DNA of 64,000 nt from an uncultured Poribacteria bacterium (GTDB lineage: Bacteria; Poribacteria; WGA-4E; WGA-3G). Both the position numbers and the translations under genes were made by a program. The stretch spans positions 4,128,001 through 4,192,000 of the forward strand of contig OX638351.1 of the NCBI GenBank assembly GCA_951813565.1. The letters are read 5' to 3'. Below, one piece after another: positions 28,220 to 37,395 of this stretch; within the stretch, counting starts at the first letter, position 1, and each line of letters opens with the position of its first letter. Below the pieces are notes generated by a model, which was given only the letters and a program-made list of their open reading frames with translations, was not told the DNA's origin and did no database searches.

Positions 28220-28467
28220 CATAGGTGTCAACTTAAGAAAAAAATGATGGATTTTCTCTTGTGGGAGGGAAACTTTGTCCGCCCGATTTTGTGAGACTCA
28301 AACTGTTAAATCCAAATCAACGATGAATGCGCCTATGGCATTCATCCAAATCAACGCAGCATGCGCGTCCGACATGCTGCCAAATCAACGCTGAATGCGC
28401 GTGTAGGCATTCAGCGGGGTTGAAAACCCCTCCCACAAGAAGGTGTATCCTTAAGTTTACACCTATG
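28220..28467. mobile_element. IS4/IS231-like MITE
   Basis: TIR CATAGGTGTCAACTTAAG...CTTAAGTTTACACCTATG; relatives at 34007-34242, 38495-38764, 43770-43951, 49986-50354, 50574-50921, 59522-59796. Confidence 0.75.
28313..28415 (+). repeat. Tandem array of three CAAATCAAC-hairpin units (34, 34, 35 bp)
   Basis: Constant CAAATCAACG followed by three different stem-loops. Confidence 0.9.
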
Positions 28468-28729
28468 GGTAGAGTGAAGCGAAACCCAATTCAACCGTCT
28501 TGACAGTCCTAAAGAGTTGGGTTTCACTTATTTTCAGAAATATAGACCTCAAATGGGTCAACAACCTCTCTTTAGGGTTTGTTTTTATTGTCCATTTCCG
28601 TTCTACTTCACCGAATGGCATAGGCGCATTCGGTGTTGATTCCCTACCGGATTTATCAAACTCACGTTACATTAACGACTTGTGCCAGTTAACATTTTGT
28701 TTTGTTGGTTTTCACATATATTTGCATTT

Positions 28730-28915
28730 GTGCTATAAACATATCGTCCCTACCAAATCAACGCCAAATGCGCCAAATCAACGGTCCGAATGCCTTTTGG
28801 CATTCCCCGTATGGCATTTGGCGGGACTAAAGAGTGCTCGTCCAATCATTTTCTATAAACATATCGTCCCTACCAAATCAACGCCAAATGCGCTTATGGC
28901 ATTTGTCGGACTGAA
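28730..28915. repeat. Two REP-like CTATAAACATATCGTCCCTAC-GGGACT units, each with AATCAAC-hairpin insertions
   Basis: Compare the uninterrupted CTATAAACATATCGTCTCTACGAGACT at ~59689-59715. Confidence 0.8.
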
Positions 28916-29055
28916 GAACATATAAATATATGATAATGACTTACAAACATTTTCTTTTGTGAAATAAAGTTCTACATATGGTTATTTAGCACAACTCGTT
29001 ACACTAACAAACAACTGAGTAAAGAAAAACCTTTAACTTTCATCTTAAATTCCTC

Positions 29056-29826
29056 CTAAGGGTTTAAGCCTAAAAATTCATACACATCAAATCCACTTGA
29101 GTCGTAATCAAGGATACGAATCCCTGGCGTTTTCTCTCCTGCTCGAATTTTTGCTTGGGCTTCTGAAGACAAGACATTAGAATCTCCAACAAAACTGACT
29201 ATTTTAGATGTTCCGTTAGCTGTTTTCGTCTCTTTGGTCCGAACATATACCGTATTCGGTGTAACGACATATATTTTCTGAGTATGACGATCTAAACTAA
29301 GTTTAACATCAGTTTGCCCTTGTTTCCATAATTTAATACGGACGCGATCAAGCAACTCCCTTGGCCGAAGGGTATCATGATGACCCTCTCGGTCAAGATC
29401 GAAAGTCCAAAACGGCCGATACGCATCAGGATAATCCGATGGAATTTGAGGATAGGCACCAAACCCATAGTCTGACTCACCATAGGAAGCAATTCGCCAA
29501 TCATTGGGATCTGCTGCAAGTTTTGCCACGTCCTCAATATGTTCTAAGGGTACACCTTTCTCAGAAGATTCAAGTGGTGTTTCGGAAGTTTCGTTTGCAG
29601 GATCCAGTGGTTTTTCCTCTGGGGTTTCTGTGTTCTCTGCAACGGTTTGTTCCGTTGGTGTTTTACCATCTTTACTGGACGCATCCTTACGAACCTGACT
29701 AAAGTCTGGTACATTATAGACTTTTTTCTCAGCGGTAGGAGGCTTAGGTTTCAAGAGAATAAACCCACCAACGCCAATAACAACAATAAGTACCAGCAGC
29801 CAATGCCAATTTTTGCGCCAATACAT
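29056..29826 (-). CDS. Membrane-anchored hypothetical protein, paralog of 37396-38226
   Basis: N-terminal TM; YGFGAYPQIPSDYP, ELLDRVRIKLW, FDVYEFLGL. Confidence 0.8.
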   Translation of the reverse strand: MYWRKNWHWLLVLIVVIGVGGFILLKPKPPTAEKKVYNVPDFSQVRKDASSKDGKTPTEQTVAENTETPEEKPLDPANETSETPLESSEKGVPLEHIEDVAKLAADPNDWRIASYGESDYGFGAYPQIPSDYPDAYRPFWTFDLDREGHHDTLRPRELLDRVRIKLWKQGQTDVKLSLDRHTQKIYVVTPNTVYVRTKETKTANGTSKIVSFVGDSNVLSSEAQAKIRAGEKTPGIRILDYDSSGFDVYEFLGLNP

Positions 29827-30065
29827 TGTTTCACCTCCCGTAGGTTGTGACTTCCTTGTCAGGGAAGTCAGTTGTAAATAAATAACGCACTACAACGTCA
29901 GTCGTTTAGGCACTTTGAATGTGAGTTAGCGTTCACTATCATGAGGTCTATTGACTTCACCGGTATGCTTACAGATAAAATATAGATTAAATAGCGAACA
30001 ATGTTAATTTTTTGCTAAAAATGCACAAAACATCAAGATATTTTACAATATCTGTCTATGATTGT

Positions 30066-30080
30066 ACACACACACACACA
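30066..30080. repeat. (AC)7-8 microsatellite in a divergent promoter region
   Basis: ACACACACACACACA. Confidence 0.8.
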
Positions 30081-30299
30081 ATTTTTGTCAACTGTTTTTT
30101 AATTATTGTAGAGATATTTAGTTTTTGCTCACTTTAGTGAGAAATTGTAACCGGGGATCGCTTTTAAGGTGAAGAAATCTTGAGCAGACAGTAAAACTAA
30201 CGGAGAATTGAACGGGTCTGACAAAAGGAGTTGACAAACATCTATATCTTTAGGTAGAATTACAATAATAAGTTAATACTTCTGCAAAAGGAGACAAAA

Positions 30300-30665
30300 A
30301 TGGCAGACGAAAATGGTAATAACGAACTTGCTGAAAATACAGATCATAACGCTTCAGGAAGCGGATTTATTGTAAACGTCAATCAGCTGCAATCCATGGA
30401 TATTCCGCTGCGATTTAACCGCGTCAAAACAGATAATGGTTGGATTATCAATGTGCAGGAAGCAGGAAGAGTAACAGTAAACTTTTTAACCAGTATGAGA
30501 AAATTGGAGACTGCATTGGTCGCGGGTGATAGCATTGAGCGGGATGGTGACGACCTTATAATCATGCGAAGCCAGCCAGCCGATGCATATCGCTCACAGC
30601 GAGGCACTTCCCCGTTAACGCTTAGTCGTGAGGAGTTGTTGTCAACTACCCCATCAGCGAAGTAA
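30300..30665 (+). CDS. Hypothetical protein
   Basis: AAGGAG RBS; TTGACA-18-TAGAAT at 30231-30260. Confidence 0.7.
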   Translation: MADENGNNELAENTDHNASGSGFIVNVNQLQSMDIPLRFNRVKTDNGWIINVQEAGRVTVNFLTSMRKLETALVAGDSIERDGDDLIIMRSQPADAYRSQRGTSPLTLSREELLSTTPSAK

Positions 30666-30888
30666 GACAGAATTCTAAATAGTGTAAATGGATTTAGTTA
30701 TATTTTAAGCGTAGATTTAGTAAAGCATATAATTACTTGCACACTTTCATAATAGCGCTCTGACCAGTAATGTTGACTGCACCTAATAACAACGGGTCGC
30801 GAGCTGGAGCTCGCTCCTACAGGAAGAGGTAGGGCGGATAAAGCACCTACTAACAGATGTCTACATAATTGTATATTTCACTATATTT

Positions 30889-31040
30889 ACGCAAGTTGCT
30901 ACTTACAAAATTTTGAACAAAAAGACGATGTTTTTCCTAAAAAACAAGGGTTTTTCGTTGATTCTGGATGTCTTTTGTTATAAATCGGGGTTAGAAACCC
31001 CTCCTACAAGAGAATTTACGAAATCGGTAGCAACTTGGGT
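30889..31040. mobile_element. IS982-family MITE (152 bp) with 7-bp TSD
   Basis: Ends ACGCAAGTTGCTAC/GTAGCAACTTGGGT match the IS982 TIRs at 60824/61749; TSD TATATTT. Confidence 0.85.
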
Positions 31041-31164
31041 TATATTTCAGAAAGATTTACTTAACCGAACTATTTTTATAAGCCATATTAATTTTCGTAT
31101 TAGGAGGTACCAGACCATTTTAGAACGTATCTACAGACTTATTTCAAGTTTAAAAGGTGGAACA

Positions 31165-31635
31165 ATGGTGCCGACAGCTGTAGTGCTGAGTCCCGATAGT
31201 TACGCGGAAGTTGTTGCTGAACTATTTGAAACATCCGAATCGGAAGGTGATGAAGCACAGGGACTTGAGCATCAACTGGGATTACCTCCTATTTCAGTTC
31301 GGTCAGATGATACGGATATTGTCGTTGTAAAGGAATTGGTGCCGAACCCGTGTCCAATTTGCCATCATCCGCTTAAGTTTCTCCGAGAATTGATTGAACG
31401 GTTTGAGAAGGAAGAAACCAATTTGATTAGGTGTCCGCTTGGACACCGCTATTCCGGGATGATGAAGGTTTACCATTTGAACATTTTTCAGCAATCGGAA
31501 AACTCCGAAACGGTGAAAAAAGTTACTGAATGCCCAGCATGTGGCGGTAAAAAAATCCAGTACTTAGGTCCAGCGGAGATGTTTTGTTTAGATTGTGACT
31601 GGGATAGTGGTATGGTTGCTCGGTATAAAATGTAG
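31165..31635 (+). CDS. Hypothetical protein with two zinc-ribbon-like motifs
   Basis: Likely start 31165 after AAGGTGG; CPIC...CPLGH and CPAC...CLDC. Confidence 0.7.
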   Translation: MVPTAVVLSPDSYAEVVAELFETSESEGDEAQGLEHQLGLPPISVRSDDTDIVVVKELVPNPCPICHHPLKFLRELIERFEKEETNLIRCPLGHRYSGMMKVYHLNIFQQSENSETVKKVTECPACGGKKIQYLGPAEMFCLDCDWDSGMVARYKM

Positions 31636-31675
31636 TATTTTCTGGATTTACGCAAATTTCGGCAGAATAGGTGTT

Positions 31676-31935
31676 TATAGTGAAATCCATAATTTTTTGG
31701 ACATTCTGTTCTTATGCAGATTCAAACATACCATAAATATCCGAGGCGACAAGTCATGGCGAATACCACACGCGTATTCGCCCAAGTGCGCTTGGCGTTG
31801 ATTTGGCAATGAATTGCGCTTGGTGAATGCGCCAAATCAACGGTCCGAATGCCTTTTGGCATTCCCCGTATGGCATTCACATTAAACGCCGCTAACCTTA
31901 AGAATAATGTAAAGGTATTTTTAGATTTTACTATA
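31676..31935. mobile_element. TA-bounded MITE (IS630/Tc1-like ends) with nested hairpin units
   Basis: TATAGTGAAATCCA...TAGATTTTACTATA; same ends at 38989-39102. Confidence 0.65.
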
Positions 31936-31987
31936 ATAGGATTTAAAGTTTCATAGCAAACAGTCAGGAAGAAAGTGCTGGAGTGTG

Positions 31988-32014
31988 TAAGCGCGTTTTA
32001 GGAAAACGCGCTTA
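31988..32014. terminator. Hairpin between convergent genes
   Basis: TAAGCGCGTTTT-agg-AAAACGCGCTTA then TTTT. Confidence 0.7.
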
Positions 32015-32083
32015 TTTTGCGTTCGTTGTTGAAAGCGTACGCCCGCAATAGATGTGTGAGATTCCGCTTTGATTTACCAAATA

Positions 32084-33718
32084 TTAGTACATGTGGTCGT
32101 CATGCGGGTCTGCAGCTTCAGAGAAGTCGGGTGGTTCTTCAATCTCCGTGATCAACGTCTCTGTAGTCAAGAGCAATCCGGCAATACTTGAAGCATTTTG
32201 TAGTGCCGACCTGACAACCTTTGTTGGGTCAATAACACCGTATTCAAACATATCACCGTATTCTTCAATAGCTGCATTGAACCCGTAGTTACCTTCACCG
32301 TCCTCAACCTTTGCGAGGACAACGGCACCTTCTAATCCAGCATTTTCCGCTATTGCACGGATAGGTGCGCGTAAAGCCGCTCGGACGATGTTAAGACCTG
32401 TATTTTGGTCGCCTTCAAGCTCAAGTGCTTCAATTGCTGAAATAACGCGCAAGAGTGAGGTTCCACCACCGGCGACAATACCTTCTTCAATAGCGGCACG
32501 AGTTGCAGAGAGCGCATCCTCACATCGTGCCTTTTTCTCTTTCATTTCTATTTCAGTCGCTGCACCGACGTTTACAACGGCGACCCCACCAGCCAGTTTT
32601 GCAAGCCGTTCCTCAAGTTTTTCACGGTCATATTCAGAGGTTGTGTCTTCAATCTGCATGCGTATTTGTTTTATTCTACCTTCAACACTTTCTTTTACAC
32701 CACTACCACCGACTATAGTCGTATTCTCTTTATCAATTGTAACGCGCCGAGCGGTACCCAACATGCCAACTACGATATTTTCTAAACGAATACCGGCATC
32801 TTCAGAGATTACCTGACCAGCTGTTAAGATAGCAATATCTTCAAGCATTTCCTTGCGTCTATCCCCGAATCCAGGTGCTTTTACAGCTGCTACTTGTAGG
32901 ATGCCTCGGAGTTTGTTTACCACTAAAGTAGATAACGCTTCCCCTTCTACATCCTCAGCAATAATTAACAGAGGGCGCCCGAGTTGCATTACCTTTTCCA
33001 TAATCGGGGCAATGTTTAATATTGAACTGATTTTATCGGTGTTAATGAGAATCAATGGGTTCTCAAAATCAACGACCTGTGCTTCCATGTCTGTAACAAA
33101 ATTAGGCGATAGGAATCCTCTGTCAAACTGCATTCCTTCAACAATGTCAACAGTGGTTTCAGAGGTTTTACCTTCCTCAATGGTGATGGCACCATCATTT
33201 CCAACTTTCTCTATTGCGTCTGCGATAAGAGTGCCGATATTGCTGTCATTGGCGGGATCGTTGGCTGCAATTGATGCTACCTGCACAATTTCGTCATGTG
33301 TGTTTACTTCGCGGCTTTGGACAACAATTGCATTGACAGCAGCATCTACAGCTTTGTCGATACCAATTTTTAACTGCATTGGGTCAGCCCCAGCAGTAAC
33401 GTTTTTAAGACCTTCGTGAAGGATTTCTTGTCCTAATAGCGTAGCAGTAGTTGTTCCGTCCCCCGCAACATCGTTTGTTTTGGTAGCAATAGATTCAAGT
33501 AATTGGGCGCCCATATTTTCATAAGGGTCTTCAAGTTCAATTTCTTTAGCGACGGTGACGCCATCGCATGTTATCAGCGGCGCACCGAAAGATTTTTGGA
33601 TAACTACATTACGTCCACGTGGACCGAGAGTAACTTTTACCGCGTTAGCGAGTGTATCCGCGCCGCGTTTGAGCGCTACCCTCGCGTTCTCTTCGAAGAT
33701 TAATTGCTTTGCTGGCAT
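32084..33718 (-). CDS. groEL: Chaperonin GroEL
   Basis: [37 protein letters not shown]; start MPAKQL at 33718 after GAGGAGG. Confidence 0.98.
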   Translation of the reverse strand: MPAKQLIFEENARVALKRGADTLANAVKVTLGPRGRNVVIQKSFGAPLITCDGVTVAKEIELEDPYENMGAQLLESIATKTNDVAGDGTTTATLLGQEILHEGLKNVTAGADPMQLKIGIDKAVDAAVNAIVVQSREVNTHDEIVQVASIAANDPANDSNIGTLIADAIEKVGNDGAITIEEGKTSETTVDIVEGMQFDRGFLSPNFVTDMEAQVVDFENPLILINTDKISSILNIAPIMEKVMQLGRPLLIIAEDVEGEALSTLVVNKLRGILQVAAVKAPGFGDRRKEMLEDIAILTAGQVISEDAGIRLENIVVGMLGTARRVTIDKENTTIVGGSGVKESVEGRIKQIRMQIEDTTSEYDREKLEERLAKLAGGVAVVNVGAATEIEMKEKKARCEDALSATRAAIEEGIVAGGGTSLLRVISAIEALELEGDQNTGLNIVRAALRAPIRAIAENAGLEGAVVLAKVEDGEGNYGFNAAIEEYGDMFEYGVIDPTKVVRSALQNASSIAGLLLTTETLITEIEEPPDFSEAADPHDDHMY

Positions 33719-33776
33719 TAAATTCCTCCTCAAGTGATTTTAAAATAGTTTGTATGATGTTTTATTGATATATTTA

Positions 33777-33805
33777 ATTATAACATGCACAATGTCCAAA
33801 GTCAA
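33777..33805 (-). promoter_or_regulatory. sigma70 promoter of groEL
   Basis: Minus strand TTGACT-17-TATAAT. Confidence 0.8.
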
Positions 33806-33822
33806 CTTTTTGACATTTCATA

Positions 33823-34359
33823 GGGTGTGTGAAGTTTTTGTATAAATCCGCACAACTCCTATTGTAGGGGCGGGTCTCCGGGGAATGCCAAAAGGCATTC
33901 GGACCCGGTGAATGACTAAATGTCGTTCATACCGTTGATTTCTTGATTTAGTGCCCGCCCGTTGGATGGCACGTCCTGTGCAGTGGCGGGGCACAGAGAC
34001 CCCGCCCATAGGCGTCAATTTAAACACACAATTACCAGATTGCCTCTTGTGGGAGGGCTTTATAAGCCCGATTTATATGTATTTATCGGGGTTGAAAACC
34101 CGCCAAATGCCAAAAAGCGCATTTGGCGTTGATTTGGCAGCATGCCAAACGCGCATGCTGCGTTGATTTGGCAGCATGCCAAACGCGCATGCTGCGTTGA
34201 TTCACTCCCACAAGAGGGTATATCCTTAAATTGACGGCTATGGGGCACCAAATCAACGGTATGAATGCCTTTTGGCATTCCCCGGGACCCCGCCCTAAAG
34301 TGGAAAACGCCGCGTAATCATTGTAAATTGAACCTATGTAACCAAATATTTACACACCC
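33823..34359. mobile_element. Composite MITE with IS256-like ends, copy 1
   Basis: GGGTGTGTGAA...TTTACACACCC; 9-bp TSD CATTTCATA/CATTCCATA; contains REPs, an IS231-like MITE and hairpin units. Confidence 0.8.
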
Positions 34360-34488
34360 CATTCCATAATAAAACTTAAGAATCTAAAATAGGTGTTTTC
34401 TGTAGGTGTGGTTTAGAAGTTACTTTAAGCAACAAAATGTATTTTCACACCTACAGATATGATTAGTGAACTTAAGAATTGAAACTTA

Positions 34489-35217
34489 TTAATATCCAAA
34501 CGAATGCTTCAGGTTTCCCCATGTAAGCGTCATTTTTTGAACAGGGTGTACATCAAGTGATCCTTCACCCAATGAAATTGCAGTAATAATAGGTACCGCT
34601 CCCGTTTCCAAAGAGATTGCATCAATTGAAACAATCTCTGTATTCGGATGCGGATTTTCCCATTTCGTGGTAATCAATCCAGCTTTGTTGCAAGCCGGTT
34701 TTTCGTTTGCTGTCCAGCCCCATACAGAATTTTTATCAGCGAAATTTTTCTCTATATGGCACCAATCATGGGAATTATGACCTGTAATCATCTCAAGAGT
34801 TTCCTGTATTCCACCTTGATAATTCATGACAAATTTGTAACTTGGTCCGCCACCATGTGACCAACCTGTTGCATGGAAAAAATAGATGGATTTTGCGACA
34901 CCTTCCACAGCAATATCATTAACAGCCTTGGGCCACCTCTGCGCGTTAGTCCCAAAGAGAACGATGCCGCCATCGAAAATCTGGAATTTCACTTTTTTGT
35001 CGGGGCCCTCAAACTCTGCAATTTCACCTATCGGTAGGAGAGAATAGGTATTATCTCCTGCATTAAGTGTCCACCATTGATGTCCCACCAGTTTAGTGTT
35101 TGAGTAGGGTTCAAGGTCAATAGGCACAAATTCTTGTAATGCAAGTGTTTGTCCAGCACAAAAAAACGTAACCGCACAAAGCACTGCGATTATTAGAAAC
35201 AACTTAGCCAACTTCAT
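34489..35217 (-). CDS. Secreted beta-sandwich-like protein with C-terminal 'VxPxxKxxxTWGxLK' motif
   Basis: Signal peptide; IYFFHATGW, WENPHP; ends DVHPVQKMTLTWGNLK. Confidence 0.8.
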   Translation of the reverse strand: MKLAKLFLIIAVLCAVTFFCAGQTLALQEFVPIDLEPYSNTKLVGHQWWTLNAGDNTYSLLPIGEIAEFEGPDKKVKFQIFDGGIVLFGTNAQRWPKAVNDIAVEGVAKSIYFFHATGWSHGGGPSYKFVMNYQGGIQETLEMITGHNSHDWCHIEKNFADKNSVWGWTANEKPACNKAGLITTKWENPHPNTEIVSIDAISLETGAVPIITAISLGEGSLDVHPVQKMTLTWGNLKHSFGY

Positions 35218-35350
35218 AACGAATTCCTCCAGTATTTTGTTTTTTATTGCAGTATAGTCAATATTACAAATAGTGTCAACAATCTAATAAGGTTGCTTTT
35301 TTTATTTTAATATGGGAAAATGATAGTTAATAATTTCTTAGGGGGAAACC

Positions 35351-35857
35351 ATGAATTCAAATAATTTTCGCTTAGCATTATCAAAATCTAAAGATATTAC
35401 ACTAAATTTTTTTGGTCGCGTTTTATCAAGCACACGTGTTGAACCAATTCGTGATGAAGAAGGTGCTAAAGGTGTTAAGGCATGTTGGGTAGGGGAACAA
35501 GGTGGAAGCAGTATTGCAGTGGATACTGGTGAATGGAACGCTAATGTTACAATGGAAGCAGACGAACCACCTACTGTAGAATATGTTCAATACGGGGACA
35601 CGCGCAGTGTTACAATCAAAAATATCAATAATATATCTTGTTCTGTAGACCGTGAGACATTAGACCAGTTTGCAACACCGAGAGGCGCGGCGATTGCAGT
35701 TTGCGCTGGAGCTGCCGCTGGATTAGTTGGTTGGTTTGTCGTTTCTGTGATGCGTGCTCTTGCAGTGCCCAATAGAGAGGAGGATGCCCCTTCAATAGCT
35801 GCTGTATCTTCTGAGGAAGTCGAGACCGAACAAGAAAATCCATCCATAGAAGAATGA
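35351..35857 (+). CDS. Hypothetical protein with C-terminal TM helix
   Basis: AGGGGG RBS; overlaps the next gene by ATGA. Confidence 0.7.
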   Translation: MNSNNFRLALSKSKDITLNFFGRVLSSTRVEPIRDEEGAKGVKACWVGEQGGSSIAVDTGEWNANVTMEADEPPTVEYVQYGDTRSVTIKNINNISCSVDRETLDQFATPRGAAIAVCAGAAAGLVGWFVVSVMRALAVPNREEDAPSIAAVSSEEVETEQENPSIEE

Positions 35858-37047
35858 AAATCGTATCGGTAGATCCTTTCTATTTGCGGATGCCAGAGCT
35901 CACCGATGCAGCGGATGGAACACAGGATACGCTTTTAGTACGTGTTCGCACAGATGCAGGATTTGAAGGGTGGGGAGAATGTGATGCTTCACCTTTGGTC
36001 AGCATTGCTGTTTATTGCTGTCCGATGTCGCACGGCAATATTATTAATATCCGCACTTCGCTAATTGGTGAAACGCTTGATAGTCCAGACGATGTGCTTC
36101 GCTTGAGTGAAAAGGTGCTGCGGAACGGCTTGGACATTCAGCAGATACAGCATGCTTATAGCGGAGCAGAGATAGCGTTGTGGGATATTATCGGAAAGAA
36201 GTTTGAAAAACCCGTTTACCATTTTCTCGCTGAAATCTCTGGAACATCTGACATAGCACATCCGAAACTGCCGTATGCGTCTGTTCTTTTTGGTGATACA
36301 CCTGAAGATACCTATCAAATCGCAGTGGGATTGCGCGAACAAGGGTATCGTGCTGCGAAGTTCGGTTGGGGACCGATGGGAAAATTCGGTCAGGAAAATG
36401 ACATTGCACTTGTACGTGCGGCGCGCGAGGGTATGGGTGTTGACGCACAAATTATGATTGATGCGGGTGTTGTTTGGGGAACAGATTACGAAACCGCTTA
36501 TCAGCGTGCTGAAGCGTTTGCCGAATTTTCTCCCACGTGGTTGGAAGAACCGCTTACCCCCGATGCGATTGATGCTTATAGTTCGTTAACCCAAAAGAAT
36601 CCGCGTGTTCCCATCGCAGCAGGCGAAGGTTCAAATACCTATCGCATGGCAGAAGACTTGATCATTCATGGCGGTGTCCAGTTTGTTCAGATTGACACAG
36701 GACGCATTGGCGGCATTATGCCCTCTTTTCAGGTACGTCAACTTGCTGAGCAGCGCGGTGTTCAATATGTCAATCACACCTTTAAAAGCCATCTCAGTCT
36801 TGCCGCTGCACTTCACGTTTTTGCCACTAACCCAGATTTCAATTTATTAGAATATCCGGCTGCAGGTTCAAAACTATCGCAGCAAATTGTAAAAATTCCC
36901 TATCAAGTTGATCAAGATGGTATGGTTCGCGTTAATGATTTACCTGGACTTGGTGTACAAGTGAATACGGATGCAATTTGTCCATATTTAGTCTCAGTAA
37001 ATATCCACGTTGGTACTGAAAAGGTTTTCCAAGATGCATTTCTTTAG
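35854..37047 (+). CDS. Mandelate racemase/muconate lactonizing enzyme family (enolase superfamily)
   Basis: GWGE, EIALWDI.GK, IMIDAG, WLEEP, IAAGE. Confidence 0.92.
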   Translation: MKIVSVDPFYLRMPELTDAADGTQDTLLVRVRTDAGFEGWGECDASPLVSIAVYCCPMSHGNIINIRTSLIGETLDSPDDVLRLSEKVLRNGLDIQQIQHAYSGAEIALWDIIGKKFEKPVYHFLAEISGTSDIAHPKLPYASVLFGDTPEDTYQIAVGLREQGYRAAKFGWGPMGKFGQENDIALVRAAREGMGVDAQIMIDAGVVWGTDYETAYQRAEAFAEFSPTWLEEPLTPDAIDAYSSLTQKNPRVPIAAGEGSNTYRMAEDLIIHGGVQFVQIDTGRIGGIMPSFQVRQLAEQRGVQYVNHTFKSHLSLAAALHVFATNPDFNLLEYPAAGSKLSQQIVKIPYQVDQDGMVRVNDLPGLGVQVNTDAICPYLVSVNIHVGTEKVFQDAFL

Positions 37048-37077
37048 TCAGTACCCTTACTTATTCCGACCCATTCA

Positions 37078-37395
37078 CTATATCTCTAACCAGTATTTAT
37101 ACGATATTATCTTACCATCTTTGTTAATTAACCACTTAGATGGCATACCACTAACACGGCACAGTTTTTTTTTAGAGGACCTTCTTTTCCATCAAAAATC
37201 TGCCGCCAAGGTAAGCTGCACACATTTAGGTATTCGGACATATCTGATTCTTCCGTATCTCGGTTAATACCGATAACATCAAAACCGAAATCTCTATTAG
37301 CATCATATACCTTTTTCACGATTGGCATATTACCAATACAAGGTCCGCACAAAGTTGCCCAAAAATAGAGTAACACAACTTTTCCTCTATAGTCT
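37078..37395 (-). pseudogene. TlpA/peroxiredoxin-like thioredoxin fragment, frameshifted
   Basis: DYRGKVVLLYFWATLCGPC; frameshift in an A9 run (37165-37173), then SGMPSKWLINKDGKII; no N-terminus. Confidence 0.85.

Noticed and set aside
28500..28925. ORFs in repeat clusters (also 33818-34278, 38294-38778, 50131-50903)
   Set aside because: Made entirely of REP/MITE/hairpin DNA
30913..31164. N-terminal extensions in the ORF track (also 8816-8920, 47132-47287, 49715-49807, 59080-59142)
   Set aside because: They run through MITEs or neighbouring genes; better RBS-backed starts lie downstream
33719..33822. groES or CIRCE operator upstream of groEL
   Set aside because: No room for an ORF and no TTAGCACTC-N9-GAGTGCTAA
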